DNA of 64,000 bases from an uncultured Verrucomicrobiae bacterium (GTDB lineage Bacteria; Verrucomicrobiota; Verrucomicrobiia; Chthoniobacterales; Chthoniobacteraceae). The position numbers were made by a program, and so were the translations under genes. The stretch spans positions 32,001 to 96,000 of the forward strand of contig CAWHEP010000014.1 of assembly GCA_963828525.1 (NCBI GenBank), read 5' to 3'. This document shows, piece by piece, positions 62,385 through 64,000 of the stretch (its first letter is position 1; every line of letters starts with the position of its first letter). The notes beneath the pieces are model-generated. The model saw nothing but the letters and a program-made list of their open reading frames with translations. It was not told where the DNA came from and did no database searches.

Positions 62385-64000
62385 ATTATCCCCCGGGGGC
62401 AGGCCGCGCGATCCCTTGTTGCGGTAGCGCTTCTCGCGCTTGCGACAAGTTGCGGAAAGCCGACGCCCGAAGTGGAGAAGGCGGTCCAGAAGCAGATCCT
62501 TCTCATGGGCAATGGCACCGAGCCGCAGGATCTCGATCCGCAAACGGTTACTGGCATACCAGAGGACAATATCCTGCGCGCGATCTTCGAGGGCCTCGTC
62601 TCGGAAGATCCGCATGATCTCCATCCCGTTCCCGGAATGGCAATGAGCTGGGATATATCACCGGACCTGACCGTTTATACATTTCATCTTCGCAAAGCGC
62701 TCTGGACGGACGGCACTCCTGTGACCGCTTCCGATTTCACGCGTTCTTACCAGCGCATCCTCAGCCCGGAGCTCGCCTCGGAATATAACTATATGCTGTT
62801 CTCAGTGAAGAACGCGGAGGATTACAGCAACGGAAAAATCACCGATTTCAGCCAGGTTGGATTTAAAGCGCTGGATGACGCGACACTCCGCGTCTCACTA
62901 AACAATCCCACGCCCTATTTCCTCTCACTACTGAACCACTACTCGTGGTTTGCGGTTCCGATCAATACAGTGCTCAAGTTTGGCCGGCTAGCTGATCGCG
63001 GGACACGATGGACGCGTCCCGAAAACATGGTGAGCAACGGACCCTTCAGGCTCAAACAGTGGAAGACGAACTCCATCATCGTAGTTGAGAAGAACCCGCT
63101 GTACTGGGATCACGAGAAAGTGCGATTGAATGAAATTCGTTATTTCCCAATCGATAATTCCAGCTCCGAAGAGCGCGCGTTCCGCTCCGGGCAGTTGCAT
63201 GTCACCAACACAATCCCGCTTCCGAAGATCGACGTCTACAAGCGCTCGCATTCGCCTTTTCTGAGGGATGACCCCTATCTCGGGACGTACTTCTACAGAT
63301 TCAACGTCACGAAGCCTTTCCTCAAGCTAAAGGAGCTGCGGCAGGCGCTCTCCCTTTCCATCGACCGGGAGAGCATCGTCAAGAATGTTACGCGCGGGGG
63401 CGAGCATCCAGCGACGTCCTTCACCCCGGACGGCACCGCGGGCTATTTCCCGCGTCCCGAAGTGAAGATGGACATCGCTGCCGCCCGGGATCTTCTCGCC
63501 AAGGCTGGCTTCCCGGAAGGAAAGGGACTGCCTCCCATTGAACTGCTCTACAACAGCGATGAGGGACACCGGGTCATCGCGGAAGCTCTTCAGCAAATGT
63601 GGAAAAAAAACCTCGGCATTGATATCCAGCTAACGAATCAGGAATGGAAGGTTTACCTGGACGCCCAGCGCCAGCTTGCCTACCAGATCTGTCGCGCGGG
63701 ATGGATCGCCGATTACGTGGATCCCAACTCCTTCCTCGATATGTGGCTCACCAACGGCGGAAACAACCAGACGGGTTGGTCAAATCCCGAGTACCGACCG
63801 GCTTGTCGCGTTAGCGAATCGCACCGGCGACCAAGCCGGCAGGTACGCCACCTTCCAGAGGGCGGAGTCCATACTACTGGACGAGATGCCGATCCTGCCG
63901 ATCTATTTTTATACTTCCAAGTTCCTTATTCAGCCTTCCGTCAAAGGGTGGTACCCAACGATACTGAATCACCACCCATTCAAGTACGTTTATCTCGAGA
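62385..64000 (+). CDS. Peptide ABC transporter substrate-binding lipoprotein (OppA-like), partial, frameshift near 63795
   Basis: Not in ORF track; LALATSC lipobox, GNGTEPQDLDP, IFEGLV, SNGPF, GWIADY; start uncertain (ATT 62385 or TTG 62349). Confidence 0.88.
   Translation, partial: MIPRGQAARSLVAVALLALATSCGKPTPEVEKAVQKQILLMGNGTEPQDLDPQTVTGIPEDNILRAIFEGLVSEDPHDLHPVPGMAMSWDISPDLTVYTFHLRKALWTDGTPVTASDFTRSYQRILSPELASEYNYMLFSVKNAEDYSNGKITDFSQVGFKALDDATLRVSLNNPTPYFLSLLNHYSWFAVPINTVLKFGRLADRGTRWTRPENMVSNGPFRLKQWKTNSIIVVEKNPLYWDHEKVRLNEIRYFPIDNSSSEERAFRSGQLHVTNTIPLPKIDVYKRSHSPFLRDDPYLGTYFYRFNVTKPFLKLKELRQALSLSIDRESIVKNVTRGGEHPATSFTPDGTAGYFPRPEVKMDIAAARDLLAKAGFPEGKGLPPIELLYNSDEGHRVIAEALQQMWKKNLGIDIQLTNQEWKVYLDAQRQLAYQICRAGWIADYVDPNSFLDMWLTNGGNNQTGWSNPEYRPACRVSESHRRPSRQVRHLPEGGVHTTGRDADPADLFLYFQVPYSAFRQRVVPNDTESPPIQVRLSR

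Noticed and set aside
60254..64000. M3 peptidase (HEFGH) and OppA as part of the peptide system
   Set aside because: Ordinary peptide-utilisation genes far from the locus; this HExxH is a standard zincin motif.

Overview
GC-rich bacterial chromosomal window. Gene content (DUF1549/DUF1553 + DUF1501 block, planctomycete-type cytochrome c, N-terminally extended ACP) suggests PVC superphylum, most likely Verrucomicrobia; this is inference. Most of it is housekeeping and transport: tsaB/tsaE/thiL/CPBP/sppA/nnr, KAS+ACP, aroB, Fur + metal ABC + Ni/Co ECF, lipid A-type modification genes, trpC, pentose catabolism, UvrD, purN, MacAB-TolC-type exporter, peptidases and OppA. Many genes carry single-base frameshifts that look like assembly errors. 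The standout is a candidate RiPP system at 5.5-7.6 kb that the ORF track largely misses. It has four paralogous ~51-58 aa peptide genes (three intact, one frameshifted) sharing LDWS[KT]LLAFD[QR]VK and TMFG[TS]KxG, directly upstream of a stand-alone HExxH-family peptide-modifying enzyme, with no radical SAM gene in the window. The peptide genes lie in a diverged tandem duplication, divergent from an ATP-grasp gene and a GT2 gene that share a C-terminal domain. A small island with two toxin-antitoxin modules and an integrase remnant lies at 13.0-14.4 kb. No rRNA, tRNA or CRISPR array was recognised.
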